64,000 nucleotides of DNA from Polyangiaceae bacterium (GTDB lineage: Bacteria; Myxococcota_A; Polyangia; Polyangiales; Polyangiaceae). Location: positions 10,189 through 74,188 of the forward strand of contig JBGANF010000028.1 in assembly GCA_044222475.1 (NCBI GenBank). The letters are read 5' to 3'. Below, one piece after another: positions 9,085 through 18,656 of this stretch; the stretch's first letter is position 1; every line of letters starts with the position of its first letter. The notes under the pieces were generated by a model. It searched no databases and had not been told where the DNA came from. It saw only the letters and a list, made by a program, of their open reading frames with translations. The translations under genes were made by a program, and so were the position numbers.

Positions 9085-9815
9085 CAGGCGAAGTGTCCCG
9101 TGGCGAGGATGGCGCGCGCGATCTTGCCGAGCGCGCGGTCGAGGAGCATCGCTTCGAACGCGGAGCGCTCCTTCCGAAGCATGACGATGTGTTGATCCCA
9201 CCAGCTCGGGACGTCGCCGGGGCGACGCGCCTTCGCGATGGCATGCACGAGGACGAGCAGCTCGGCTCGCTCGGGCAGCTCCTCCGAGCGTGCGAGGCGC
9301 GCGAGGTACGGCACGGCGCGAGCGCTCGCCTGGTAGACGACGCCCGATCGTACCAAATTGGAGCGTAGCTTCCGGTGCGCCTCGGCCCGCTTGTCCCCAT
9401 CGGTCGAGGCGGCGAGCCAGAGCTCGTACGGGAGATCCTCGGCGGTGCCGTGGGCGTGGCGCCAGCGGCCCCACGGCTCGTCGAAGAGGCCGAGGAACAC
9501 CTCCTCGGTCACGAGCACCGGCTCGAGCGCGGCGCGCATGGTCAAGGTCGGCGCGATCTGGAGCGTGCGCGCGTACACGCCGATGATCGAAGCCGTCGTC
9601 GAGAGGGCCTTACCGGTCAGGTTGGGCTGGTTCATCGGCCCGACCGGCTCGGTCGTGACGCGGATCGTCGCGAGGTCGAACAGCGTGAAGCGCGCCGCCG
9701 CGCCCGGAGCGACCGCAGCGGCGAGCGCGTTGCGGTACGCGCGGAGCACCTTCTTCACCGCCTCGACGGACTCTCCCGTCTGCTCTGCGAGCTGGGCGAC
9801 GAGGGGATCGACCAT
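9084..9815 (-). CDS. Hypothetical protein with HU-like N-terminus and helical C-terminal domain
   Basis: LVAQLAEQTGESVEAVKKVL...FTLFDLATIRV resembles HU/IHF. The C-terminal half contains W..W.HAHG.AEDLP...VYQASARAVPYL. Confidence 0.55.
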   Translation of the reverse strand: MVDPLVAQLAEQTGESVEAVKKVLRAYRNALAAAVAPGAAARFTLFDLATIRVTTEPVGPMNQPNLTGKALSTTASIIGVYARTLQIAPTLTMRAALEPVLVTEEVFLGLFDEPWGRWRHAHGTAEDLPYELWLAASTDGDKRAEAHRKLRSNLVRSGVVYQASARAVPYLARLARSEELPERAELLVLVHAIAKARRPGDVPSWWDQHIVMLRKERSAFEAMLLDRALGKIARAILATGHFA

Positions 9816-9863
9816 GGGAATACGATCGCACCTCGGCGAGAAAAAAGCACGCTTTCAGGCTAG

Positions 9864-11807
9864 TTACGGGACCGCCTCGGCCTTCAGTCGGGCGATGAAG
9901 TCGGCGAGCGGCAGCGCGCCGAGCTCGCCCGCGTCGCGCGAGCGAACGCCGACCGCACCGGTCTCGGCTTCTTTCAAGCCGACGACGAGGATGTAGGGGT
10001 AGCGCGCATGCCGCGCGTTCCGGATCTTCGCTCCGAGCTTGTCGGAGCTGAGGTCGGCGTCGACGCGGAAACCCTCGGCCTCGAGGGTGGCGTGGACCTT
10101 CTTGGCGTAGTCGTCGGCTTTGTCGCTGACGGTGAGCACGATGGCCTGCTTCGGCGCGATCCACGCCGGGAAATTCCCGCCGCAGTGCTCGAGGTACACG
10201 GCGAAGAACCGCTCGAGGGATCCGAGGATCGCGCGGTGGAGCATCACCGGGCGGTGATCCTTGCCGTCGTCGCCGGTGTACGCGAGGTCGAAGCGCTGCG
10301 GCAGGTTCGGATCGAACTGGATGGTGCCGAGCTGCCACGATCGCTTCAGCGCGTCGTGCACGTGGAACTCGACCTTGGGCCCGTAGAACGCGCCCTCGCC
10401 GGGGCTGATCTCGAACGGGAGCCCGGCCGCCTTGAGACCCACGTCGAGCGCGCCCTCGGCGCGATCCCACTCTTCGTCGGTGCCGATGCGCTTCTCGGGG
10501 CGGGTCGCGAGCTTGATGTCGATGCGCTCGAACTTGAAGGTCTTGTAGACGCCGTAGAGGAACTTGATGAAGCGCTCGATCTCGGACGCGACCTGCTTCT
10601 CTTCGCAGAAGACGTGCGCGTCGTCCTGAGCGAACGAGCGAACGCGCGCCAGACCGTGCACGACGCCGCCGCGTTCGTAACGGTGGAGACGCGCGAAGTC
10701 GGCTACTCGCCACGGGAGCTCGCGGTAGCTGCGCTTGCGCGAGCCGAAGATCACGCAGTGGCTCGGGCAGTTCATCGGCTTGAGCCCGAACGCGTCCTTC
10801 TCGAGCGCGGCGTGCACCTTCTTCGCGTCGGCGCTCTTCAGGTCTTCGGCGAGCGCCTCGACGTGATCGTCGGTCCAGAGGCGGTACATGTTCTCCTGGT
10901 AGTTCGGGAGGTGACCGCTGGTCCGGAAGATGCTCGGCGAGTAGGCGAGCGGGGTGATGACCTCTTCGTAGCCCTCGCGCGCGTAGAGGGTCCGCATGTG
11001 GTCGACGAGCTTGTTGTAGACGTACGCGCCCTTCGGCAAGAAGAACGGCATCGCCGGAGCGACCTCGTGGAACATGAAGAGGTCGAGCTCTTTGCCGAGC
11101 TTGCGGTGATCGCGGGCCTTCGCCTCTTCGATGAGCTTGAGGTGCTCCGCGAGCGCCTCCTTCGACGGGAACGCGGTCCCGTAGATGCGCTGCAGCATTG
11201 GGTTGCGCTCGTCGCCGCGCCAGTACGCGCCGGCGACGCTGGTGAGCTTGATCGCCTTCAGCCACCCAGTCGACGGAACGTGCGGCCCCTCGCAGACGTC
11301 GAACCACTCCTTGCCGGGCTCGCCGTGTTTGTAGAGGCTGATCTCCTCGCCCTCGGGGATGGATCGGATGATCTCGACCTTGAAGGTCTCACCCATCTTC
11401 TCGAAGATCGCGAGCGCTTCGTTGCGCGAGACGACCTCGCGGCGAAAGGGAGAGTCCTTGTTGATGACGTCGAACATCGCGCGCTCGATCTTGGCGAGGT
11501 CCTCGTCGCTGAAGGTGCCGTCGGGCTTGGCGAAGTCGTAATAGAAGCCGTCGTCGATGGCGGGGCCGATGGTGACCTTGGTGCCGGGGAAGAGCCGTTG
11601 CACCGCGTCGGCCATGACGTGCGCGGTCGAGTGGCGGATGACCTGGATCCCAGCCGGCTCGGTCGCCTTGATGGGGACGAGCGCGCTGTTCTCGGCGACC
11701 GGGGTGTGGAGATCGACGGTTCGGTCGCCGAGCTTGACGGCGACGACGTCTTTCTCGAGCTGGCCTCGAGCTTTGAGGATTTCGCGGGGGGTCGAGCGGC
11801 CTTCCAT
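9864..11807 (-). CDS. thrS: Threonine--tRNA ligase
   Basis: RHSTAH, CEGPHV, GAYWRG, RDHRKLG, KPMNCP, GAFYGPK and HRAILGSLERF motifs. Confidence 0.98.
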   Translation of the reverse strand: MEGRSTPREILKARGQLEKDVVAVKLGDRTVDLHTPVAENSALVPIKATEPAGIQVIRHSTAHVMADAVQRLFPGTKVTIGPAIDDGFYYDFAKPDGTFSDEDLAKIERAMFDVINKDSPFRREVVSRNEALAIFEKMGETFKVEIIRSIPEGEEISLYKHGEPGKEWFDVCEGPHVPSTGWLKAIKLTSVAGAYWRGDERNPMLQRIYGTAFPSKEALAEHLKLIEEAKARDHRKLGKELDLFMFHEVAPAMPFFLPKGAYVYNKLVDHMRTLYAREGYEEVITPLAYSPSIFRTSGHLPNYQENMYRLWTDDHVEALAEDLKSADAKKVHAALEKDAFGLKPMNCPSHCVIFGSRKRSYRELPWRVADFARLHRYERGGVVHGLARVRSFAQDDAHVFCEEKQVASEIERFIKFLYGVYKTFKFERIDIKLATRPEKRIGTDEEWDRAEGALDVGLKAAGLPFEISPGEGAFYGPKVEFHVHDALKRSWQLGTIQFDPNLPQRFDLAYTGDDGKDHRPVMLHRAILGSLERFFAVYLEHCGGNFPAWIAPKQAIVLTVSDKADDYAKKVHATLEAEGFRVDADLSSDKLGAKIRNARHARYPYILVVGLKEAETGAVGVRSRDAGELGALPLADFIARLKAEAVP

Positions 11808-11860
11808 GGCGTTCCCTCTTAGCAGACGGGGCGCGCTTTGGCAGACTGACTGCGCCGGGC

Positions 11861-12286
11861 CTAGCGAGTCCCCGATGCCGTGATGCTGCGGAGGCGACGC
11901 ATCGCGCCGAGGAAGGCGACCTCCTCGGTGTAGCACTCGACGCGAACCGACGTGGAGAGACGCAAGGCGGTGAGCCCCATCGAGACGATCGGAGCGTTCG
12001 CGTGCACGTGGATGCTCTTCACCGAGGGCAGCTCGCGAACCATGTCCGCCAGGTCGGCTCGCACCTTCGGCGCATAGCCGGACACGTCGGGCCAGGAGAG
12101 GAAGACGTCGATCGTGGCGTACTTGCGGAGGGTCGCTCGGCACTGCTCGACGAGAAGCTCGCCCATGGCGATCGTGAGCTGGCCCTCGGCGGCCGACACG
12201 ACGAGGCCGGGCATCAGCGGCCACGCCGCGAGGAACGCGTCGCCGTTCCGCTCGATGGCCGCGTCGTTGGGAATGCGAATGGTCAC
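11861..12286 (-). CDS. Hypothetical protein (possible STAS/SpoIIAA-like fold)
   Basis: 141-aa ORF with alternating beta/alpha pattern. The fold is inferred only. Confidence 0.5.
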   Translation of the reverse strand: MTIRIPNDAAIERNGDAFLAAWPLMPGLVVSAAEGQLTIAMGELLVEQCRATLRKYATIDVFLSWPDVSGYAPKVRADLADMVRELPSVKSIHVHANAPIVSMGLTALRLSTSVRVECYTEEVAFLGAMRRLRSITASGTR

Positions 12287-12325
12287 TGTAAACTCGGAAG
12301 TGTACGCGAACTCCGCCGCGCGGGC

Positions 12326-12757
12326 CTATTTTTGGAGCGCGCTCTCGGCCTCGGCCAGCAGCTCCGCGAGCCTCGGCAGCGGCCGGCCCACCGTCTCCTC
12401 GAGGAACTTCCGCGCCGGCTCGACCTCGGTGAACCAGCGCGAGGCGTAGTGGGGCTTTCGGATCCAATCGAGCGCCGTACCCATCATGCGCAGCATGGGC
12501 GACTGCACGACGACGGCGTTCACCGCGCTCGGACGGATCGTCCCGCGGAGGTCGGCCATCATCTTTCGCCCGCGGGCGTTCGGCATCTCGACGCCGTCGC
12601 GCATGATCTGGAGGAGCACCGGCCGTGTGCCGGCTTTGGTCTGCTCGCTGAGCTTCTCGATCGCGGCGCAGTAGTCGGCCCACTGAGCCTCGGCGAACGG
12701 TGGAGCGACGATGATGACCGCGACCATCTCCTCCAAGTCGACCGCGGTGCCGAGCAC
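12326..12757 (-). CDS. Hypothetical protein (possible STAS/SEC14-like fold)
   Basis: PNARGRK...AVVVQSPMLRMMGTALDW...F..VEPARKFL pattern of small myxobacterial STAS-like proteins. Confidence 0.55.
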   Translation of the reverse strand: MLGTAVDLEEMVAVIIVAPPFAEAQWADYCAAIEKLSEQTKAGTRPVLLQIMRDGVEMPNARGRKMMADLRGTIRPSAVNAVVVQSPMLRMMGTALDWIRKPHYASRWFTEVEPARKFLEETVGRPLPRLAELLAEAESALQK

Positions 12758-12766
12758 GTCAGGTCC

Positions 12767-14248
12767 TCACGTCCCTTGGGCCGGAGGCTCGGCCTGACCG
12801 AGCGGGAACATGCCGAGGCCCTCGAGCTTGAGCTCGATCGGCTTCTCTTCGAGCGCGCGCTCGACTGCCTCGGCCATCACCGGCTCCCACGGCTTCGCCT
12901 CGAGGAGCGACGTCTCGAGCGGGATGAACGCGGCCTGATCGACGGCGAACGCCTTCGCGTCCGGCGTGATGAAGAGCACCTTCTCACTCGGCGATCCGAG
13001 CGCGCGGAAGAGCACCTCCGGCGAGACGGCCGGCGTCACGTCGTACCCGGCTGGGACGTACAGGCCCGGGTGGATCTCGACGAAGAACGTCCCGATCGGG
13101 ATCGCCTCGATGCCCGACGCGCAGCGAACGACGGCGCCGCGATCGGTGACGGCGACCTCGGTGCGGGCGATCGTCTGGCGCGGGAGCGCGTACGCGATGC
13201 GCCGGAGCAGCGACACTTCTTCTTTGGCGATCCACGTCGCGGTGACGTTGCGCCACGGCGCGGCCGAGGGCGTCACGCGCAGCGGGACGCGCACCGGCTC
13301 GGGTGCGGCGGTGGCCTGAGCCTTCCCCTCGCTGGCCGCGCTCCGCAGCTCGACGCGGGCGAACGCGCGGAGGTCACCCATCTGCGGCATGCGATCGAGC
13401 GTCCACGGCTCGTCGCCGCGGCCGCGCACGAGGACCATGCCGTTGGGATCGAACACCGGACACGCGCGGAGCTGCACCGGGTGGCGGTAGCCGATCTCGA
13501 CGGAGGCGCCCGGCGACACCGGGAGAAACGTGGTGATGCCCGGCGTGCCGCGCATGAGCGGGCGCATGCGCGTGGGCAGCTCGGGGATCTTGATGATGTA
13601 GCGGCGCACCGGACCTTCGTCGAAGCTCGACGCCGGAGGCCACTCGCCCACCGCGACCTCGCCGTCGACGCGCGAGCGCACGAAGTAGTGGATGAGCGCG
13701 GGACCGAGGCCCTGCTCCGCGACGAGGATGCGCGGGCCGGTCTCGTCTTCGGTCGACGGATCGACGTGGGGCATCAGCCGTAGCAAGAGCGCGCGGAGGT
13801 CGATCTTGCGCTCCGCGTCGTACCCCTGCGTGAATTTGTCGTGGTAGAGGACGAGCGCGTTCTCGGCGCCGAGCAGTTGGGACGCGTCGTACCCGAACGG
13901 CGCACCGGCGTCGCGGTACTGGACGAAGTGGCGGCTCGTGCCGGTGAAGGTGAACCCGCCGACGAGGCGAGCCGTCTCCGCCATGCGGTCCATGCGATCG
14001 CTCGACTCGGCCGCGAAGCTCAGCGTGATCTCGCGCGTGCCGAGCTTCGATCGCACGACCTCGATCTCGAGGCTCGGCATCAAGTCTTCGAGCGAGTGCT
14101 CGCGCGTGTAGACGCTGAGCAGCGCGACGAGCCGATCGATCGACGGCACGAGCACGAGGCCCTTCGCCCCGAGCGCGACGCCCTTCGAGTCGAGCCCGAG
14201 GCCAGGCGTGCGCAGGCGCGTCTGGTGGAGGGCGATCCGGTCGAGCAT
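12767..14248 (-). CDS. Conserved hypothetical protein (493 aa), possibly related to ternary conflict-system accessory domains
   Basis: ATG at 14248 with TATGCT 8 nt upstream and host-like codon usage. Contains VEIGYRHP and LYVPAGYDVTP segments. Confidence 0.6.
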   Translation of the reverse strand: MLDRIALHQTRLRTPGLGLDSKGVALGAKGLVLVPSIDRLVALLSVYTREHSLEDLMPSLEIEVVRSKLGTREITLSFAAESSDRMDRMAETARLVGGFTFTGTSRHFVQYRDAGAPFGYDASQLLGAENALVLYHDKFTQGYDAERKIDLRALLLRLMPHVDPSTEDETGPRILVAEQGLGPALIHYFVRSRVDGEVAVGEWPPASSFDEGPVRRYIIKIPELPTRMRPLMRGTPGITTFLPVSPGASVEIGYRHPVQLRACPVFDPNGMVLVRGRGDEPWTLDRMPQMGDLRAFARVELRSAASEGKAQATAAPEPVRVPLRVTPSAAPWRNVTATWIAKEEVSLLRRIAYALPRQTIARTEVAVTDRGAVVRCASGIEAIPIGTFFVEIHPGLYVPAGYDVTPAVSPEVLFRALGSPSEKVLFITPDAKAFAVDQAAFIPLETSLLEAKPWEPVMAEAVERALEEKPIELKLEGLGMFPLGQAEPPAQGT

Positions 14249-14283
14249 CGCCGGCGAGCATAGCCCAAACCCTCGCCGCGGCG

Positions 14284-14988
14284 TCAGCCGAGAGCGAGCA
14301 GAGCGCCGAGCACCGCCGCGGGCACCGTCTCGGTGCGCAGCACCAAGGGTCCGAGGTGGGCGACGGCGAAGCGTTGCGACTCGGCGACGGCGAGCTCTTC
14401 GTCGGTCAAGCCGCCCTCCGGTCCGGCGAAGAACGCCGTCGCCGCGCCGGGGACGAGGACGGAACGCAGCGGCTGCGCGCCCTTGGGGTGGAGGGCGATG
14501 CGAAGCGCGTCGTCCGGAGCGGTCGCGAGAGCGTCCTCGAGGGTGGCCGCGATCATCACCTGCGGTACGTCGGCGCGGCCGCACTGGCGCGCGGCCGACT
14601 CGGCGACCTTGCGCAGGCGCGCCTCGCGGTCGTCGCGCTTGTTCGGCGCGATCTTCGTGACGCTGCGCGCGGTCTCGACGAAGACGATCGCCGACACGCC
14701 GAGCTCGGTCGCATCCTGCACGACGGAGCTCGACTTGTCGCTCTTCGGCATCCCATGGATCCACACGATGGGCGCCGCGCTCGCGGTGCGAGGCGAAGGC
14801 TCTTCGAGGTGGATCCGCACGTGCTCCCCATCGACGGCCTCGATGATGCCGCCGGCGACGAGCCCGCCGCCGAACGCCTCGAAGCGATCTCCGCGGGCGA
14901 GCCGGAGGACGCGCGCAAGGTAATGCCCGGTGGGTCCGGACAACACGCGCTCGCCTTGCGAGAGACCAACCAGCGGTACTCGCCTCAC
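14284..14988 (-). CDS. rsmE: 16S rRNA (uracil-1498-N3)-methyltransferase
   Basis: HYLARVLRL, ATELGV, AARQCGR, GPEGG and LGPLVLRTET motifs. Confidence 0.95.
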   Translation of the reverse strand: MRRVPLVGLSQGERVLSGPTGHYLARVLRLARGDRFEAFGGGLVAGGIIEAVDGEHVRIHLEEPSPRTASAAPIVWIHGMPKSDKSSSVVQDATELGVSAIVFVETARSVTKIAPNKRDDREARLRKVAESAARQCGRADVPQVMIAATLEDALATAPDDALRIALHPKGAQPLRSVLVPGAATAFFAGPEGGLTDEELAVAESQRFAVAHLGPLVLRTETVPAAVLGALLALG

Positions 14989-15013
14989 GACTCGACGTTA
15001 GCAGCTCGCGGCA

Positions 15014-15271
15014 TCAGAACCCCGGGCAATACGTCACCACACTTGCATCCTGGTCATACCAGACGCCGTTGTACTCGTACGCGCACGTGGAGACGCGCCC
15101 GCCAGCGTCGACGCACACGTGCACGCACTGGTAGCCGCTCTTGCATGGCGCACACTGTGGCCGGTCGGTGGACGGCTGACCGGTCGTGCAGTCGACGAGC
15201 GAAGCCAATCCAGCGACCACCGCGACGACCCGGACAGCGCGTGCCACAAGTCGACGAGGTCGGAGTTCCAT
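15014..15271 (-). CDS. Small Cys-rich putative lipoprotein
   Basis: Basic N-terminus, hydrophobic stretch ending in Cys, six further Cys. Confidence 0.5.
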   Translation of the reverse strand: MELRPRRLVARAVRVVAVVAGLASLVDCTTGQPSTDRPQCAPCKSGYQCVHVCVDAGGRVSTCAYEYNGVWYDQDASVVTYCPGF

Positions 15272-15392
15272 GGGTCTCGACCGTCATGATAGCGGATCGT
15301 CGCCGTGCTCACAGGATGTGTCGCGGAGTCGCGCACGTGCCCGCGCACGAGCGCGAGCACGAAGGCGGGCTATGAACAGGCCACAGGGCTCG

Positions 15393-16334
15393 TCACGCTC
15401 GGTACACGAGCGCGACCCACTCGCCCTTCGACGGCGACTCCAGCATGCGCAGCGAAGGCGCTCTGGCGAACGCGGCCCGCACCGCGTCTTTGCGCGTCTG
15501 CAGGATGCCCGACAGCACGAGGAGCCCGCCCGGCGCCACGCGGCGAACGAGCTCGGGCTCCATGCCGATCAGGACGTCGGCCTCGATGTTGGCCACGACG
15601 ACCGGAAACGAGCGATCGATCGCATCGACCGGGAGCGCCGAAAATCGCGTGCAGGATGCAAGTGAATTGCGGGCCGCGTTCTCGTTCGCGACCGCGATGG
15701 CGTCCGCGTCGACGTCGATCCCGACGGCGTCTTTCGCCCCGAGCGCAATCGCGACGAGGGCGAGGATCCCGCTCCCGGTGCCGACGTCGAGCGCGCTCTT
15801 GCCGGTGATCTCCTTGCGCCGCGACGCGAGCGCCTGGGCCACCAGCGCGGTCGTCTCGTGGAGGCCGGTGCCGAACGCGCGCCCCGGCTCGAGCTCGAGG
15901 ATGCGCGCGCCGGCGCTCTCCTTCGCCGGGACCTTCTCCCACGGAGGCCGGATGAAGACCCCGGCGCAGAGCTCGAACGGCTTGAAGTGCTTCTTCCACT
16001 CGTCGCGCCAGCGGTCACCGACGAGGACCTCGACCTTGGGCGAGAACAAGGCCGACAGGTTGCGCTTGGCCGCTCGCGCCTCGGCCTCGCCGGGGAAGCT
16101 CGCCATGACCGTGACCTTGCCGGTCGTGCCCTTCTCCAGCGTCGTGTCGTCGCGCTCTTCGAGGCCCAGGGCACCCAGCGCGAAGAGCTGATCGGAGAGC
16201 GTCCCTACGTGCTCGGACCGCGCGTTCGCTCGCACGAACCAGAAGCGCGGCTCGGCCTTCTTTGCGACGACCTTCTTCTTCTTCTTTGGCGCGGCGCTCG
16301 GCGCGCGCTTCGGCGCGGCCTTCTTCCGGGTCAT
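15393..16334 (-). CDS. prmA: Ribosomal protein L11 methyltransferase
   Basis: W.DEWKKHFKP, PGRAFGTGLHETT, LDVGTGSGIL, VVANI and LSGIL motifs. Confidence 0.95.
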   Translation of the reverse strand: MTRKKAAPKRAPSAAPKKKKKVVAKKAEPRFWFVRANARSEHVGTLSDQLFALGALGLEERDDTTLEKGTTGKVTVMASFPGEAEARAAKRNLSALFSPKVEVLVGDRWRDEWKKHFKPFELCAGVFIRPPWEKVPAKESAGARILELEPGRAFGTGLHETTALVAQALASRRKEITGKSALDVGTGSGILALVAIALGAKDAVGIDVDADAIAVANENAARNSLASCTRFSALPVDAIDRSFPVVVANIEADVLIGMEPELVRRVAPGGLLVLSGILQTRKDAVRAAFARAPSLRMLESPSKGEWVALVYRA

Positions 16335-17233
16335 TCGTTGATGCTGATGCTCACGGTGCTCTTGCCAGCGGCGCCGCCGCTGAAGACACCCGCGACCGCG
16401 AGGATGACGAGCGTGGCGCCGATGACGACGACACCGCCGCCGATCGCCACGGGGATGATCCACGCCTTGCTCGGCTCGGGGACGGCGACGCGGAGGGGCG
16501 CCGCGGCGTCGCCGCGCGAGACGATCGGGAGGTTACCCTTGTCGTATCCCTCGAAGTAGTACTCGACGAGAGGCGGTTGAACGACGGTCTTGGGGATCGT
16601 CGCCTTGGCCGTGCCGCCGCCGAGGATCGCGTCGATCGAGATGAACTTGCCCTTGGAGCCGCCGCGGTAGAAGAGCTTCACGCCGTAGACGCGGCCTTGC
16701 GGGTCGTCGAGCTTGATCGAGAGCGGGATGTCGGTGTTGCGGTCGACCTGCGACGGCGAGCTGTGCGCCATCCCGACGGCGGCCGGCGGAGGCTCGGTCG
16801 CCTTGACGAGACCGGGGCGGCCTTCGTCTTCCCACTTCTTCTGGGTGGCGGCGAAGAAGTCGCGGAACCGCGGCGACTCGCTCGAAGGGAGCTTGTACTC
16901 CGGGTTGAGCGCGAGGAGACCGCGGACGGCGGACTCGGACTCGTCCTTGCGGTTGAGGGTGATGTAGTTCAGCGCGAGGAGGCGGTAGATCTCGACCTTC
17001 TGATCGATCGTGTTGTTCGGGCGCAAGAGCGCCGCGGACAGGGTCTGGATCGACTCCTCGTACTGCTGGTCGTCGAAGAGGTTGCGGCCGCGCGTCACGA
17101 GGTCCTGGGCCGGTCGCGCTTGGGCGAACGCCGGGAGGGCGGATGTGAGGACGACGGAGTGCACCGCGGCGAAGAGACACACGACGGCGGCGATGCGCGC
17201 AAAGAGGGAACGGGAACCTGACGACGAAGACAT
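16331..17233 (-). CDS. Exported TPR-containing protein with C-terminal membrane anchor
   Basis: Signal peptide ending AFA-Q, TPR-like helices, beta-rich domain (VEYYFE), C-terminal TM helix. Confidence 0.7.
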   Translation of the reverse strand: MSSSSGSRSLFARIAAVVCLFAAVHSVVLTSALPAFAQARPAQDLVTRGRNLFDDQQYEESIQTLSAALLRPNNTIDQKVEIYRLLALNYITLNRKDESESAVRGLLALNPEYKLPSSESPRFRDFFAATQKKWEDEGRPGLVKATEPPPAAVGMAHSSPSQVDRNTDIPLSIKLDDPQGRVYGVKLFYRGGSKGKFISIDAILGGGTAKATIPKTVVQPPLVEYYFEGYDKGNLPIVSRGDAAAPLRVAVPEPSKAWIIPVAIGGGVVVIGATLVILAVAGVFSGGAAGKSTVSISINE

Positions 17234-17329
17234 CGGGCAGAGAGTACCCCGTTCTTCACCCCTGCGAAAGCACAGTACAATATCGGACAAGAGCTTGCGC
17301 AGAGGCCGTGGCGGACGCTACCTGAAAGC

Positions 17330-18652
17330 ATGAGATTTCTTCGTTCCGCGCTGGTCTTGGTGACTCCGGTCCTCGCTTTCGCCCGCTGCAATCCCTCGGA
17401 TTCGACGGTGAACAACCCCGACGCTGCACCGGTGAACGAGTGCCCAGCGCCGAGCGGTCCCGTGATCGAGCACAAGAGCACCATCACCGCGGACGAAACC
17501 TGGTCGGCCGACAGCGTCCACCGGGTCACCTTCGGGATCTCGATCAAGAAGGGCGCGACCTTGACGATCGCGCCGTGCGCCATCGTCAAGGTCGGTCCGG
17601 CCTATGCGATCGTCGCAGACGGCGGCAACCTCGTGGCCGAAGGCACCGCGACCAGGCCGATCCAGTTCCTCGCCGACGACCCGAGCCAACCGTGGGGGTT
17701 CATCCAGGCGTTCGCGCCGGGCACGATCAAGCTCGCGTACGCCACCGTGAGCGACGCAGGCGGAGAGGCCACGAACTCGTTCGGTGCCATCGAGGCACGC
17801 GGCGATCAGCTTCTCCCCGCCCAGGAGATCCTCAAGGTCGACCACGTCACCGTGAAGGGCTCGAAGAACTACGGCGTCTCGCTCCGCGCTGGCGCCGCGT
17901 TCACGAAGGACTCGGCGGCGCTCACCATCACCGGCTCGGCGAAGTCGCCCATCCGCGTCCTCCCGCGTCTCGTGAGCAACATCCCGACCGGCAGCTACAC
18001 CGGCAACACGGACGACCGGATCACGATCGCTCCCGAGAACTACGGCGACGTCAACGTCGAAGACGTGACGATGCACGATCGCGGCGTTCCGTACCGCGTG
18101 GGGGATCCGAACACCGGCACGCGGTTCTGGATCGGTCCGCAGCACTTCACCCTGACGATCGAGCCGGGCGTGAAGCTCCAGTTCGGCACGGCCGGCCTCA
18201 TCGCCACGAAAGAGAACAACGGAACCACCGGCGTCCTCGTGGCCAAGGGCACGGCCGACAAGCCGATCGTCTTCACCAGCGCGGCGCCGGCACCGGCCGC
18301 TGGCGACTGGCAGGGCATCGAGTTCAGCAAGGTGCTCGACGCCGCGAACGCGCTCGACCACGTCGAGGTGCGCTACGCCGGCGGGCCGAGCGGCGCGAAC
18401 AGCTTCCACTGCGAGACCGACGGGAGCTTCTCGAAGAGCGAGGACGCGGCGGTGTCGATCTACGTGAAGCCCGGCGCGTTCATCACGAACAGCCTCTTCT
18501 CCGACAGCAAGGGCGCGGGCATCAACCTCGCGTACTCGGACGACTACGTCGACCTCAAGGCGACGAACACGTTCAACGCGATCGCAGGCTGCTCGGTGAC
18601 GCGCCCCCGCGCGAAGACCACCGGCGCGTGCACCGCGTCGCCTTGCCCGTGA
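17330..18652 (+). CDS. Putative lipoprotein with parallel beta-helix-like repeats
   Basis: Signal peptide ending in Cys. Duplicated L.A.GTA..PI.F...W..I motif. Confidence 0.7.
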   Translation: MRFLRSALVLVTPVLAFARCNPSDSTVNNPDAAPVNECPAPSGPVIEHKSTITADETWSADSVHRVTFGISIKKGATLTIAPCAIVKVGPAYAIVADGGNLVAEGTATRPIQFLADDPSQPWGFIQAFAPGTIKLAYATVSDAGGEATNSFGAIEARGDQLLPAQEILKVDHVTVKGSKNYGVSLRAGAAFTKDSAALTITGSAKSPIRVLPRLVSNIPTGSYTGNTDDRITIAPENYGDVNVEDVTMHDRGVPYRVGDPNTGTRFWIGPQHFTLTIEPGVKLQFGTAGLIATKENNGTTGVLVAKGTADKPIVFTSAAPAPAAGDWQGIEFSKVLDAANALDHVEVRYAGGPSGANSFHCETDGSFSKSEDAAVSIYVKPGAFITNSLFSDSKGAGINLAYSDDYVDLKATNTFNAIAGCSVTRPRAKTTGACTASPCP

Positions 18653-18656
18653 ACGG

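Noticed and set aside
15325..15365. GCACGA/GCACGT short repeats between prmA and the small lipoprotein gene
   Set aside because: Too short and degenerate to separate from GC-rich background.
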